NCBI GenBank assembly: GCA_951406725.2
Contig: OX597835.1
Coordinates: 38,006,001 to 38,070,000, forward strand
Reading direction: 5' to 3'
Source: Octopus vulgaris
Taxonomy: Eukaryota
DNA length: 64,000 nt
This document shows, one piece after another, positions 13,231 through 27,277 of this stretch (the stretch's first letter is position 1; every line of letters begins with the position of its first letter). The position numbers and the translations under genes were made by a program. The notes beneath the pieces were generated by a model. That model saw only the letters and a program-made list of their open reading frames with translations. It was not told the origin of the DNA and did no database searches.

Positions 13231-13848
13231 AGAAATATTTCCAAGATATTACAAAAATATTTTGTTTGTGCGAGTGTTTATTAAAGGGCTCAATGAAATA
13301 GAAAAAATTTCAAATTTCACACTGATGATGTAGAGAAATGGAAAAATAGATGAAACAGAATGACATGTGGGAAACAGATCAAGGTATATATAATAAAATA
13401 AACATGTATAATATTCTGTCTGTGTATCATTTCGTTTTTATATTGTTCTGTCGCAAACAACTATATCAGGATGGTTGTGGTGACATTTAGGAGAAGTTTT
13501 GATAGGAATGTTACACCATATCTATGTGTGTGTGTGTATTTGTGTGTGTAAACATATACATATATATATATATGTATGTATGTATATGTATATATACTTA
13601 TATATATATATTCATATTTACCAATCTATTTATACTCATTCATACACATATGCATATATATACAACCAAATATATGATTACATGAGTGTGTATGTATGAA
13701 TATAATGTGTGTGTATATATATATATTTATGTGTGTGTGTGTATGTGTGTGTGTTTGAGTGTATGTGTATCTATCTGTTTATCTCTATTGTATATATATC
13801 AAATAGAAATGTGTGTGATACATGTACATGTGTGTGGGATAATATATG

Positions 13849-13903
<55 letters not shown>

Positions 13904-14305
13904 GTGTTTATGAGAGAGTGCCAGCCAAATCAGTAATGTGAAGAAGACTAGGATTGCAGATGTGATGTCTGCCAGTCAGCTGAAGACAGATTGAATTGCA
14001 AGGGTTCCTGGCAGAATAATTAAACTGGGATTGTCAACTTACATGATGTCGAGGTGTGGGGTGGGGTACGGGTGGAGAGGAGAGATGGTATGAGGAGATG
14101 GATATAATGGAGCATGGCAGTGGCAGTGGCGGTGGTGGTGGTGGTGGTGGTGGTTGTGGTGGTGCTTGTTGACCTTGTGTTTGTGCTTGTGTGAGTGATG
14201 GCAGGAATGTGATGAGAAACAGGATGGGAGAGAAGTGTAAATAGAGAACGAGAGTGGTATGATATATTATGAATATACGCATCAAAATCCATCTATATAT
14301 AATTC

Positions 14306-14357
<52 letters not shown>

Positions 14358-14576
14358 TATATCAGTTCCACTACCTCAAATGTTCTTAAAATTTAAATCC
14401 ACCTGGAACAACTGAATCTTAGTCAGTCAGTTGATGGGATCCACTACTTCAAAATGTTCTTAAAATTTAAATCCACATCTTTATCTATATATTCACATCT
14501 TTGTCTATATATCTACCTTCTCTATAATGTTACCACTTGATATGAAAATTTTGTATTAATGGAAAACCTCTATAAC

Positions 14577-14660
14577 TGGCTGATGAGTGCTCAGCATTTT
14601 AAAACTGTTGTAATACTTACAACATTTAATAAAATGATGTGGTGCGAAACGATCGTACCA
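14577..14660 (+). ncRNA. Type I hammerhead ribozyme motif with extended stem II (Penelope-type)
   Basis: tgg-CTGATGA-[g..cagcatttta..tgttgtaa tac ttacaaca..taaaatgatg..c]-GAAA-cgatcg-TA-cca. Confidence 0.7.
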
Positions 14661-15185
14661 AATTACCGGAGTTATTCTTGTTGCTTATTTTGATTATATA
14701 TATATATATGTAAAGAAAATGAGGGGTTTAGTTCAATGGTGATCTAAACGAATAGGTACACTGAGTAAGTGTTATAATTGGTCATCTGTTAGGTTCTAAG
14801 TTCACAGCTGAGGCTGGAGCTAGGGATCTGTATTAGGCTTCTGAGTTAGCCGGTATATATATTATATTAGAGGAAAAAAGAAAACAAAAACCAGGGCAGG
14901 ACAGGTATCTCAAGTCAACTCAAATCAATGACTTGAGATATATGTATATATATATCTAATATAGGATAAAATTTTTCGAAAAAATTTTATCAATGGCCAG
15001 CATATTAAAAAATACCTTTAAAGGTTGAATTCATAAGCAACTTATAAACAAGGGCAAAAGAAAAAAATTTCTAATGCCAAATATGCCGAAACTAGACTCA
15101 TCGTCCATAAGCATATAATTTATCACTATAAGCACGCGTCTTGAAGAAAGCCGACAGAAATTTCTAAAAAACTCCGTTATTACCA

Positions 15186-15240
15186 TATCGGACCCGATTT
15201 CAGAGTTAATTCATAAGAACCTTCTCTTCATCAGTGATAC
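15186..15240 (-). ncRNA. Hammerhead ribozyme motif
   Basis: Minus strand: tatca-CTGATGA-agag..ggttc tta tgaatt..ctct-GAAA-tcggg-TC-cgata. Confidence 0.6.
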
Positions 15241-15759
15241 ATGTGGCAAAAGAAATAAATGAAATACTTACTTATACCTGTGGAAGTTGTTTATAAATAT
15301 ATATATATTAGCAGGAAGACCACCCTCAGGGCAGTTTTCTGCTAGTCAAACCTAGTGTGTGTGTGTTTATATTACAGAGACAGTGTGTGTGTGTGAGAGA
15401 GAGAAAGAGAGAACATTGCAAACAATGGATGAAATAAGCATGAAATGAAAAAAATCGTATAATTAAAAGCTCGTTAAAAACTATCTTGTACCGAATATTT
15501 CAATTTGTGAACTTGAAATATTCAATAATAAAACCAAGTTCAGTAAGTGAATTTTCCTCAAAACTTCAATTTATAAAAAAAATCTCACTTGCTTAGTAAA
15601 TATTTCTTTCAATAAGTTATCATAGTTGTAATATATCTCTATTTATGATTTAGCGTGCTAGAAATAGGAGTGATCACATAGCTATTATCATAAGACTTAT
15701 AATGTTCCAAACAGCCATACCAACAAAATCAATTCTTAATCTTTTAAAACAAAATTGTA

Positions 15760-16150
15760 CGGGTTGTGTGGTAAGTAGCTTGCTAACCAACCACATGGTT
15801 CCGGGTTCAGTCCTGCTGTGTGACATCTTGGGCAAGTGTCTTCTGCTATAGCCCTGGGCTGACCAATGCCTTGTGAGTGGATTTGGTAGATGGAAACTGA
15901 AAGAAGCCCGTCGTATATATGTATATATACATATGTATGTGTGTGTGTGTTTGTCCGTCTGTGTTTGTCCCCCTAGCATTGCTTGGCAACCGATGCTGGT
16001 GTGTTTACATCCCCGTTACTTAGCGGTTCAGCGAAAGAGACCGATAGAATAAGTACTGGGCTTACAAAGAATAAGTCCCGGGGACGATTTGCTCAACTAA
16101 AGGTGGTGCTCCAGCATGGCTGCAGTCAAATGACTGAAACAAGTAAAAGG
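15760..16150 (+). mobile_element. SINE family 1 copy
   Basis: Near-identical to 50117-50535. Confidence 0.88.
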
Positions 16151-16294
16151 GTATATTAAAAAGTTTCCATTCTATCAAATATAAGCCTCAAAGTTATACA
16201 GCTATTTTGTCTAATAGCATTCATTCATTCAATAAATACGTTTTTTAAATTATGTATATAGAATAAACTTTGGGTTTTGCAAGTAGCAAATTAA

Positions 16295-16515
16295 CCCTTT
16301 CGTTACTGTATTTATTTTGAGATACTCTGTGTTTGTTTCAATTACTTTAAATATAACAAAGAACTTAGTAAAATAAATTAGTCATCATTAAGCTAGTGTT
16401 AGGAACATAAACTGTGACTAAGGTTTGGTGGAAGATTTTAATTCAAGACTTGTGAAAACAAGACAATTTGTACTCAGAGCCAGAGCCTGTTTCAGGCGGG
16501 TTGGTAATGAAAGGG
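16295..16515. mobile_element. piggyBac-like MITE (family B)
   Basis: ttaa-CCCTTTCGTTAC ... GTAATGAAAGGG termini; homologous to 5022-5241 in reverse orientation. Confidence 0.8.
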
Positions 16516-16910
16516 TGAAATGAAAACATTGATATGAATATATACTAAATTATGATTAATGAAAATAGAGGCAAGAGAGAGTGAGAGACTCTTGCAAATG
16601 AAAATGGAAAATTTCATCTGCAACAAATTAATATTGTTTATTAAATCTACTCCACAGTGAATGCAATGAATATTTAAGTTTGTGAAAAACTTGTGGTTCA
16701 AATATTCAATAACCTTCAGAAATCAAAATTACAAGAAATTTCTTGGAACATGAATTTATAAAAATATTTACAGGTGGTCAGGCCTTTAATAATGGACTTA
16801 TTCCTTGTAAGCGTAATACTTATATTATCGGTCTCTTTTGCCAAACTGCTAAGTTACAAGGACATAAATGCTAACATTAGTTGTCAGGTGATGGTGGTGA
16901 GACAAACACA

Positions 16911-16957
<47 letters not shown>

Positions 16958-17529
16958 GTATTACACATGCACACACGCAGTTTCTTTCTATTAGATCCCC
17001 TTACAAGGCTTGATTGGCCTGAGGCTATAACAGAAGACACTTGCCCAAGGTTCCATGCAGTGGGCCTGAAACTAGAACCATGTGGTTGGGAAGCATGTGT
17101 CTTATCCAAGGCGCCATGGAGTGGGGCTAAACCTAAAAGTACCTGGTTACAAAGCAACATTCTTAACCACACAGACATCCCAGCACCTATATCATTTTAT
17201 ATGTCATTGTATCACTGCATTGAGCAGACTATCAGATGTTGTTATACATCACTGGTCACAATGCGTTTCCTCGAATTGTTGTAGCCTTCAAATGATGCCA
17301 CACTGCTTGGTTCTTCCCCTGAGCTGAACCCCATTTAATTTCAGGGTCACCTATTTGCAGCTGAGTGACCTGGAGCAATGTGGAAGGAAGGGTTCTACTC
17401 AAAAACACAATGTGCCACCCAATCTGGGAATTGAAACCATGGCATTGCGATTATGACTGCAAAGCCCTAACCACTAGGCCATGAGCCCTCACACACACAT
17501 ATATGTAGACACAGTTACAGTAACAATTA

Positions 17530-17853
17530 GGAGCACTCCATCGGTTACAACGACAAGGGTCCCAGCTGATATGATCAAGGAACTGCCTGCTCGTGAAATT
17601 AACATGCAAGTGGCTGAGCACTCCACAGACATATGTACCCCTAATGTAGTTCTCAGGGAGATTCAGTGTAACACAGAATGTGACAAAGCTGGTCCTTTGA
17701 AATACAGGTACAACTCATTTTTTCCAGCTGAGTAGACTGGAGCAATGTGAAATAAAGTGTCTTGCTCAAGGACACAACGCGTCGCCAGGAATCGAACTCA
17801 TGACCTTACAATCGTGAGCCGAATGCCCTAACCACTAAGCCATGTGCCTTCAC
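17530..17853 (-). mobile_element. tRNA-derived SINE family 4, full length with a 13-bp TSD
   Basis: A box TGGCTTAGTGG, B box GAGTTCGATTCC; ACAGTAACAATTA duplicated at 17517-17529 and 17854-17866. Related heads at 8640-8800, 17330-17490(-), 49750-49860 and 58790-58910. Confidence 0.85.
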
Positions 17854-18453
17854 ACAGTAACAATTATTACATTGATAAATACAAGGCCAGATAGAGGTCA
17901 GGGCTTTATAAAAACGTTCGTTACAATTGTCTATTTTATCATATTTCTTTTTAAAGAAGATTAATGATTATACAGAATATAGAAATATGAAAATATTAAT
18001 AATTAATAAATAAGTCAAGAAATGGTTCCAAAATGGTATGTCAAGTAGCGCCAGAGGTCAACTTTGAATGAGAGATCAACTGTTATTATTTTTTATATCC
18101 GAGTGTTTTTATCATCATCATGATAATGTGATAACATAATGTCCTTTATTTTTTCCTTGTCCACATTTTCCTCGAATGATGAATTGGTGAATAATAATAC
18201 CTATATATGCTTGTATACACGCGTATATACTTATATACATACACGCATACACACATACGTGCGTATAAACACAATACACACTTATGTACATGTGTGTGTT
18301 CTGGCTTGTTCACACTTAGCTATCTTTGTACATATGTCTATATGTGTCTATGTTTGAATGTATGTTTTTCTGTCTGTATTGTATGTATCTACACATGTAT
18401 ATATATCTTTACATATAGATATATATGTATGTTTATATATATGTGTGTGTGTA

Positions 18454-18490
<37 letters not shown>

Positions 18491-18795
18491 GCATATACAT
18501 GTGTGTATATACATGTATATATAACGTGTGCAGATTTACACGCACACACACGTATATAATATATATATGCATGTGTGTATCTATATCTATCAATCTATCT
18601 GTCTCCATATATATATATATATTTATATATATGGTATACTAAGTTTTCATGCATATATCTATACATGTATGCATTGCTGATGTGTGCGTGTGTGTATGTG
18701 TTTCTTTCTATTTATAGTGTGCATGTGTGTACGTCTATATTTGTGTGTTTACATACATAACTATCTATATATGTAACAATATCTATCTTATTTAC

Positions 18796-18828
<33 letters not shown>

Positions 18829-19117
18829 CACACACATATCTGTAACTGAGAACAACTTATAAATACACAAATGTATTAAATAGAAAACTGGAAGATCTAT
18901 TTTCAGAAAACGTTTTGCCATATTCCTCTAAATATTAAAGGAACTGGTTTTTTTGTGTGTCTTCTTTTATAAATTCATCATCAGTGACGGCATTGATGCA
19001 GTCTCAGAAGCATCTGTTTACCAGTTACAGATAGTTCTCATTTATGTTGCTCATCTCATCCATGTTGGGCAACTTCCATTGAGTTTTGGGATTGTGAGGC
19101 AACTCATCGGCACCCGC

Positions 19118-19905
19118 TTGGCTGTGTGGTAAGATGTTTGCTTCCCAGCCACATGGTCCTAGGTTCAGTCCTACAGCATGGCATCTTAGGCAAGTGTCTT
19201 TTAATATAGCATCGAGCTGACCAAAACATTGTGAATTGATTTGGTGGACGGAAACTGAAAGACGCCTATTGTGTGTATGCGTGTGTGTATGTACGTGTGT
19301 GTGTGTGTGTATGTATGTATGTGTGTGCATACGTGTGTCTCTATCTCTGTTTATTCCCCACTACTGCTTGACAATCAGTGTTGGTGTCTTTATATCACTG
19401 TAACTTAGTAGTTCAGCAAAAGAGACTGATAAAATAAGTACAAGGTTTTAGTACTGAGGTTGACTCATTTAGCTATAAGTTCTTCAAGGCATGGCCACAG
19501 CCTAATGACTGAAACAAGAGTGGCTGTATGGTAAGTAGTTTGCTTACGAACCACATGGTTCCAGGTTCAGTCCCACTGCATGGCACCTTGGGCAAGTGTC
19601 TTCTACTATAGCCTCGGGCCGACTAAAGCCTTGTGAGTAGATTTGGTAGACGGAAACTGAAAGAAGCCCGTCGTATATATGTATATATATATATATGTGT
19701 GTGTGTTTATGTGTTGTGTTTGTCCTCCACCCCATCGCTTGACAACCGATGCTGGTGTGTTTACGTCCCCGTAACTTAGCAGTTCGGCAAAAGAGACCGA
19801 TAGAATAAGTACTAGGCTTACAAAGAATAAGTCCTGGGGTCGATTTCCTTGACTAAAGGCGGTGCTCCAGCATGGCCGCAGTCAAATGACTGAAACAAGT
19901 AAATG
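19118..19905 (+). mobile_element. Two tandem SINE family 1 copies (older and younger)
   Basis: A diverged copy (19118-19518) is immediately followed by a conserved copy (19518-19905). Confidence 0.85.
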
Positions 19906-20251
19906 AGAATGAGTAATGAGGTTAGTCTGCTTTCCTACAAGATGACCCAGATGTGGTACTTCAGGCAGAGGGTGCAAATAAGCATACCTAGGGGCCAGAC
20001 ATTATTCTCAGTTACTCCTAGGGTCCAAAGAGTCATAGGGAATATTTCCTTTATTGCCCTGCTCAGTCTTGTTCAGCCTTCTCCAGACCATCCCTTAATT
20101 TAGAGCTTAGTAACCATATTCAGGATTTTTATTTAGATGCAGACACTGAGGGCAGCACTTTCACATTTAAAGTACTAAATCTCGGGCTGACCAAAGCCTT
20201 GTGAGTGGATTTGGTAGATGGAAAGTGAAAGAAGTCCATTGTATATATATG

Positions 20252-20318
<67 letters not shown>

Positions 20319-20550
20319 ATGTGTGTGTATCTGTGTTTATCCCGCCCACCATTGCTTGACAACCGATGCTGGTGTGTTTACTTCCCCGTATCTTAGCGGC
20401 TCGACAAATGAACCTGATAGAATAAGTACTAGGCTTAGAAATAATAAGTCCTGGGGTCGATTTGTTTGACTAAAAGGCGGTGCTCCAGCATGGCCGTGGT
20501 CAAATGACTGAAACAAGTAAAAGAATAAAAGAATCTATGTACACACACAT

Positions 20551-20582
<32 letters not shown>

Positions 20583-20644
20583 TTATATATATACGTGTGT
20601 GTGTGTGCATGTGTGTGTGTGTACATAGATTCTTATATATATAT

Positions 20645-21772
20645 ACAAATATTAAAGGAAATAGAGAAAAACAATTAGCATATAAATTTATTGACATTAT
20701 AATATGATATGATTATACTATAAAAAGATATAATATAATCTCTGATAAGCTAAGTAAATTTGTGTTTTTCTCTTGTTAATTACTAAGTATAATGTTTATA
20801 TTAGTATACATAAATAGATTAGAATAATTCTTAAATATAATTATATATCTTTTTGAATAATTATGCATATATGAACATTTCTTGTAGACTCTATAATATT
20901 TAGTATATATCATGATAGTATGTTTGTTCGAATATATATACACATAAAAATTATGGAAATATAAAACTATTGGCTTGCTCTAATCTATTTTCTTCTGTAA
21001 AAGTAAGTAAAATTCTGATGGTTTATTTATTTATATATTATTATTATTTTTATGTAAGAAATAGTATAGTTTATAATAAATGTTATTTTATACATTTCTT
21101 TAACATCAGAGTATTTAGAAGAAAATTTTGAATTAATGAATCATTGATTAAAAGGTTTTTTTAATGAATTTCGTGTATGTATAAAATATATTCTTATTTA
21201 TTTTTTCATAATAATACATAGAAATTTTTTCAAAAATATATTTCATACTCTACCATAAATTCTTAACATATATAGATTTTATTATATAGATTTTATATAT
21301 AAAAAAAAGTAAGCAGTGGTTATTTCAGATTAAAATATCTTTAGATTAATATTATTAAAGGCAAAAACATTTTATGGCTGTTGTAATTGTTTTGTTTATT
21401 TAATTCATATCACCTATTTGAAATTTGGTTTTGTTTTTATTATATTTATTATACTTTAAATTTATTAACATTCATGCTTGTAAACATCGGTATATTTTAA
21501 ATCAGTCTAATTTATGATTTAGCAGTCCTTGCATGCAATTTTTGTCTATTTTTTAGACGAATATTACCCTGACGAGATTCATATACATAACTGTGATTTT
21601 TTTATAAATTCACTAGTGGATAGCAACCAAAACAAACTGTAGGATATATGTTTGTTTTCATTATTTCTTATACTACATTATATTATATCTTTTCATAGTA
21701 TAACTATTTTATATTATCATGTTAATAAATTTATATGTCAACGGTATTTCTCTATTTCCTTTAATATTTATA
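20645..21772 (+). mobile_element. Extremely AT-rich relic, probably Penelope-like, with ~110-bp inverted terminal copies
   Basis: 20645-20755 is the reverse complement of ~21660-21772. Residual C-terminal-like peptide INIHACKHRYILNQSNL* is followed by CCCTGACGAG (hammerhead core remnant). Confidence 0.55.
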
Positions 21773-22827
21773 TATTAAAATTATACCACTTTAAGTTCTG
21801 ATTTTTTCTCTACTATATTGTGGGATTTTACTGAAGAACCAGTGAAAATTGGATGTTTTCCATCCATTTGAAGGAAATTGTTTTTTCCTCGGATTCAGTA
21901 ATAATTACGAGTGGCTGTGTGGTAAGTAGCTTGCTTACCAACCACATGGTTCTGGTTTCAGTCCCACTGCATGGCACCTTGGGCAAGTGTCTTCTACTAC
22001 AGCCTTGGACCGACCAAAGCCTTGTGAGTGAATTTGGTAAACGGAAACTAAAAGAAGCCTGTCGTATATATGTGTACATATATATGTATGTGTGTGTGTC
22101 TGTGTTTGTCCCCCCAACATCACTTGATAACCGATGCTGTTGTGTTTATGTCCCCGTAACTTAGTGGTTTGGCAAAAGAGACTGATAGAATAAGTACTAG
22201 ACTTACAAACAATTAGTCCTGGGATCAATTTGCTCGATCTAAAAAGTCAGTGCTCCAGCATGGCCGCAGTCAAATGACTGAAACAATATATATATATAGG
22301 GACAGGCACAGCTATGTGGTAAAAGGCTTGCTTCCCAACCACATTGTTCTGGGTACGGTCCCACTGTGTAGCACCTTGGGCAAGTGTCTTCAACTATAGC
22401 CTCAGGTTGATTGAAGTCTTGTGAGTAGATTTGGTAGACAAAAACTGACAGAAGCCTGTTGTATATATATATATATATGTATATATTTATGTGGTTGTGT
22501 CTTGTGTTGATGTTTCTCTCCTATGTGTGTAAAAACTACCATCCAAACATGACTGATGCCAGTGCTGCCTTGACTGGCTCCTGTGTCGGTGGCACGTAAA
22601 AAGCACCATCCGATTATGGTTGATGCCATCCCCCTCTGGCCCCTGTGCTGGTAACATGTAAAAAGAAGAACCCACTGCACTCTTGGAGTGGTTGGCGTTA
22701 GGAAGAGCATCCAGCTGTAGAAACACTGCCAGATCAGACTGGAGTCTGTGCAGCTTCCTGGTTTCCCAGACCCCAGTCGAAACATTCAACCCTTGCCAGC
22801 ATAGAAAACTGAGGTTAAACGATGACA

Positions 22828-22864
<37 letters not shown>

Positions 22865-23639
22865 CTATCACTTGACAACCGATGATGGTGTGTTTACATC
22901 CCTGTAACTTAGTTGTTTTGCAAGAGGAACTGATAGAATAATACTAGGTTTACAAAGAATAAGTTCTGGGGTCAATTTCTTCAACTGAAAGGCAGTGCTC
23001 CAGCATGATCACAAATGACTGAAACAAGTAAAAGAGTACTCACACACGCACACACACATATCTACATGTGTATGTATTTATGTATATGTATGTACATATT
23101 TATACATTTTTATTCAAAATTCTCAGCTTTTTACATTTTCAATAATCAGCATTAATGTTCTAGATTGCTCTAAGTTATAAATATAGATGAATTTTGGTAT
23201 TTCTGTGTGTTACCTGAATATGTCAGATGCTAATTGGGTTTACCTATGTGCTGGCTGTTAATTAGCAAGTAAATTGTCTGAAGTTCTCAAGGGATACGAG
23301 AAAAGAGTGTGGTGCCAAATTTATTTTAGAAGAAGTCATTTACGTTGTTGCGACTGTCAAATTCATTCAAAGTGAGGGTAGGATGGGGTATGGTGGAGTA
23401 TTTGATGTAACTGGTAGCAAGTCCATCCAATGAGTGAGAGATCTGTGGTTCAAATCCTCAGCTTCAATCTGTTCTTTATTTGTCTCCTAAGCTACTCTTG
23501 TAGACATGTATGTAGATATATATATAGATAGATAGATGGATAGACAGAAGGAGGGAGGGATGAGTTGGTAGGATTGCAGACAGTTGGATGGACGTTTGTG
23601 TATATATGTATATATAGCCATGAAACATACGTTTCATGG

Positions 23640-25720
23640 CTACAATTAAATTCGAATTACAATTAAGTTTAAATTCAATTGAAATAAATTTGATTTAATA
23701 TTATAGTCAATCTTCAGGTTAACGATAATAGTTAAATAAATAAGCAAATAGAGTTAAACAATATTTATTTAAAAAATAAATAAAATAATCATTTTTCTTA
23801 TAGAAGAAACTCCATTAACTAAATTTGAAACTTAAAACATTAGGATTATTTCCTACAACACATTTATTTTGTTAAATATTTAATATTTAAGGTAAAAAAA
23901 AAAGTAGATAGAAATATGTATTTATCTGTGAAGATATAATTTGGCTTAAAAAACATTAATAAGCTATCGAATATCTTTAATTCAGTTATACTCCAATATT
24001 TAATTACCAAATTATTTAACAAAATAATCACTATTAATATTTTTAGATTTAAGTTTGCATATAATAATTATAAAATAATAAATACATAAAATAAGTATCT
24101 AAATTATAATCAACAAATATAGTAATTAAAAATCAAAAATTTTCTCTATCAATAAATGTATAAACATATAACCAAGAATAAATTAGTTCATTATTATTTA
24201 CATAAATATTATAGATATAGAATATATTTATGAAATACAATTTAAGAATTCAAAAATTCAAATTAAAAACATATAACCTATTTTCGTAATATACTTATTA
24301 TTACTATTATCATCACTATTTTCATCACTATTATAAAAACATTTATACGATCTATATCAGAAAGTGTCTAACTAATATCTTAAAATTTACGTTCAGTTAT
24401 AATAATTATATACTAATGAAAATTTAATAAATGTACATATCTAAATTATCCTTAACTTAACAACTTAAAATAATTATAAATTGAAATTCAACAATCAATA
24501 GTTATATAGAATACAATGATATTTCTTAAATAAAAAAGTTTACTTATCTCTCGAAAACCGTGTCATTAACTAAAATTTCAAAACAGAAAATGCCTTTTCA
24601 AGCGTTTATAAGAAAACTCATGGAATTACGTTGTTAACTGAAATAGAACACACAGATGGAAATATTCCTTTATCAATGAAAACTACGAATATATTTTAGC
24701 TTTAATAGCTAAGGAGAACATAGTCACTAATAGAGAATAGAATCACTCTACACTATATCTTTCACTATAAATCTAAAATTTAGAATTAACTACAATAAAT
24801 TATATTCAAAACTCTATAAATTAAAATAATTTACATACCTACTATTTACTGTATATTCTCTAATAATCTTATACAAATTAATTTATTTTATATATATAAA
24901 AAAATATGGTTACATTGGAGTCAAATCTTAATTTAAATAAAACAACTTTTAGATACATTCAATATTAACTCAATAGTAATTCAATCAGTATCTATATTAT
25001 AACTACTAATTAATAAACTTAAGTTAATTTAAAAACTATAATGTAATTAAAATTCATTAATAAATAATATTAATTAATTAGATAAACATCTAAATAAACC
25101 TAATTCGAAATATATAATATAAATACAAATGATTAATATAAAAAAATTATTACAAACTATAAACTTAACTGCCGTTTATAACATATATATTATATATCAT
25201 ATTAAAACTCAAAATAAATGGTAAAATAATAAATTAAACTTATTATATAGGTAAAGAAATTTATATTTAGATCAAATACTTCACTCATTAATTGAATAAA
25301 TAAAGTACATATTATTATTATAAATAAAGAGTACGTAAAAAAAATTTTATTTTACTACATATTCAAAATTATTTATTTAACGTTACTAAAACTATTACCA
25401 AAAAATATATATATATACTTAATGCTATTAATTTAAGTAGACACATAATAAGCATAATAATAATAACAATATCAACCGCAAAAAAATGGAACAGCTATCT
25501 TTTAATCTATATTCATTAAATAAATTACATATCTAGTAATAACATAAACATCTAAATATAATCTAACTCTAAGTATTTAAAGAACCTTTACAAACTCTTA
25601 TTGACTTATACTCAAACCACCTACAGAAGTGCAATCACAACACTACTATAATTAGTTAATTAATTAATTAATTAATTTATTTATTTATTTATATATTTTA
25701 TAATAAATATTAATTTAGAC
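23640..25720 (+). mobile_element. Extremely AT-rich, degenerate non-LTR retrotransposon relic
   Basis: A-skewed ~2 kb tract. Residual RT-like peptides AFIRKLMEL, RWKYSFINE, STL..SL (QGS.LSP-like) and YIGV occur in the expected order; it ends in a (TAAT/TTTA)n tail. Confidence 0.5.
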
Positions 25721-26268
25721 TTATCAAATTATGTAATATACAATATAAAATCACTTGCTAAATTTTAAGAATTAATACTAGTACAAAATATAACTACAAA
25801 TTAGAAACAAAATAGGGTTTTTGAGATCTAGTTATATGTTTTATAAAAATATTTAATATTTGTTATTTATGTTTGATTTATGTCTATCACTGTTTGAGTT
25901 GCATAATAGAGGTTTTATCTATAATTTATATTTTACATATATATATATATGTGTATATATATACATATATATACATATACACACACATATATATATATAT
26001 ATAATAAGTGTGTGTGTCTTTGTGTATGTGTTTGTCCCCTACCACCACTTGACTACTGGTGTTGGTTTGTTTATGTCCCAGTGACTTAGTGGTTTGTCAA
26101 AAAGTGACTAATAGAATAATTATCAGGCTTAAAAAAGAAGCAAGTATTGGAATTGATTCATTTGACTAAAGATTTTCCAAGGTGGTGCCCCAGTATGGCC
26201 ACAGTCAAATGACTGAAAGAAATAAAAGATAAATATAACCAATTATGTCAGCATTTGAATACTGATGT

Positions 26269-26303
<35 letters not shown>

Positions 26304-26371
26304 GGATTATCCTGCATATTGGAGCTAATTTGAAATGTATGGTGTACTGTTTTAATAAACATACAATTTAC

Positions 26372-26420
26372 CTTTACAGTGTAAAGTAAACAGAGAAGTC
26401 ACACTGTAGCTTTTAATTCC
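26372..26420 (-). CDS. Candidate 49-nt minus-strand exon (GIKSYSVTSLFTLHCK)
   Basis: Minus strand has a very strong acceptor ttgttctctccttttctgtccacag| and AAG|gtaaat donor; one open frame, phase 0 to 1. Confidence 0.35.
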
Positions 26421-27207
26421 CTGTGGACAGAAAAGGAGAGAACAATCTGACTAGTTTCTAACCTTGTTAGATCTTCCTCAGAAAAAGGTAAAAAAACACC
26501 CACTTCTTTCCAGAGAGAGATTATAAGTTTACAGCTTTATCCATTAAATACAAGAATCAAAATGGAAATTGATCAACATCTATGGAAATTGTTGCTGTGA
26601 TACCAGTGCCGGTGGCACATAAGTGAACCATCTGAATGTGGCCGTTGCCAGACTCGCATGGCCCTCGTGCCAGTGGCATGTAAAAAGCACCATCCGACCG
26701 TGGCCGTTTGCCAGCCCCCTGGCATGTAAAAAGCACCCACTACACTCACGGAGTGGTTGGCATTAGGAAGGGCATCCAGCCGTAGAATCATTGCTAGATC
26801 AAACTGGGCCTGGTGCAGCCTTCTGGCCTCCAAGACCCCAGTTGAACCGTCCAACCCATGCTAGCATGGAAAGCGGACACTAAATGATGATGATGACAAG
26901 GTCGAAGCTAAACTGATTGATCTAATTTACTTAATGCATGTGCTTACAATATGGATTCATTAATTAATCAGTTAATTAATTAATATTGCACTACACAATA
27001 ATTTAGGGAATTCCTTGTAATAAACATTAACTGCCTTAATCAGTTTTTAACACCTATTGTAGTTTCACCAAAGGTATCTACATTGCTTAACAAATCCCGA
27101 AATAACGAGTAGCTAACTCATTTATTTACACATCTAATTAATGACTGCAGAGATCTGGGGCTGTAAATTTGCATACTGTAAGTGTTTAGCGATTTACTTA
27201 ATTTCAG

Positions 27208-27246
27208 AAACCAGTCAATGTGGAATCTCATTAACATTGTAGCAAG
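27208..27246 (+). CDS. Candidate 39-nt micro-exon (NQSMWNLINIVA)
   Basis: ttacttaatttcag| acceptor and AAG|gtatga donor. The only open frame is phase 2-2, compatible with the phase-2 end of exon 6158-6347. No homology recognised. Confidence 0.3.
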
Positions 27247-27277
27247 GTATGATGTAATATGTGGAAACAAAGCATAC

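Noticed and set aside
11450-13375. Extra CTGATGA...GAAA matches at ~11453 and ~13322
   Set aside because: Stems are incomplete or the cleavage triplet is missing; expected by chance in GAT-rich DNA.
19903-20103. 66-aa unique ORF between SINEs
   Set aside because: It starts inside the SINE tail and has no recognisable domain or convincing splice pair.
23400-23470. tRNA-like A/B boxes (GGTTCAAATCC)
   Set aside because: No convincing cloverleaf; probably a decayed SINE head. The SINE heads elsewhere are likewise not tRNA genes.
23640-25720. Possible NUMT or mitochondrial control region
   Set aside because: No mitochondrial gene, rRNA or tRNA recognised; ordered RT-like remnants fit a LINE better. 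Not formally excluded without BLAST.
26600-26745. Repeat-spacer-like pattern reminiscent of CRISPR
   Set aside because: The units are tandem subrepeats of a dispersed retroposon with homologous 'spacers'; eukaryotic context and no cas genes.
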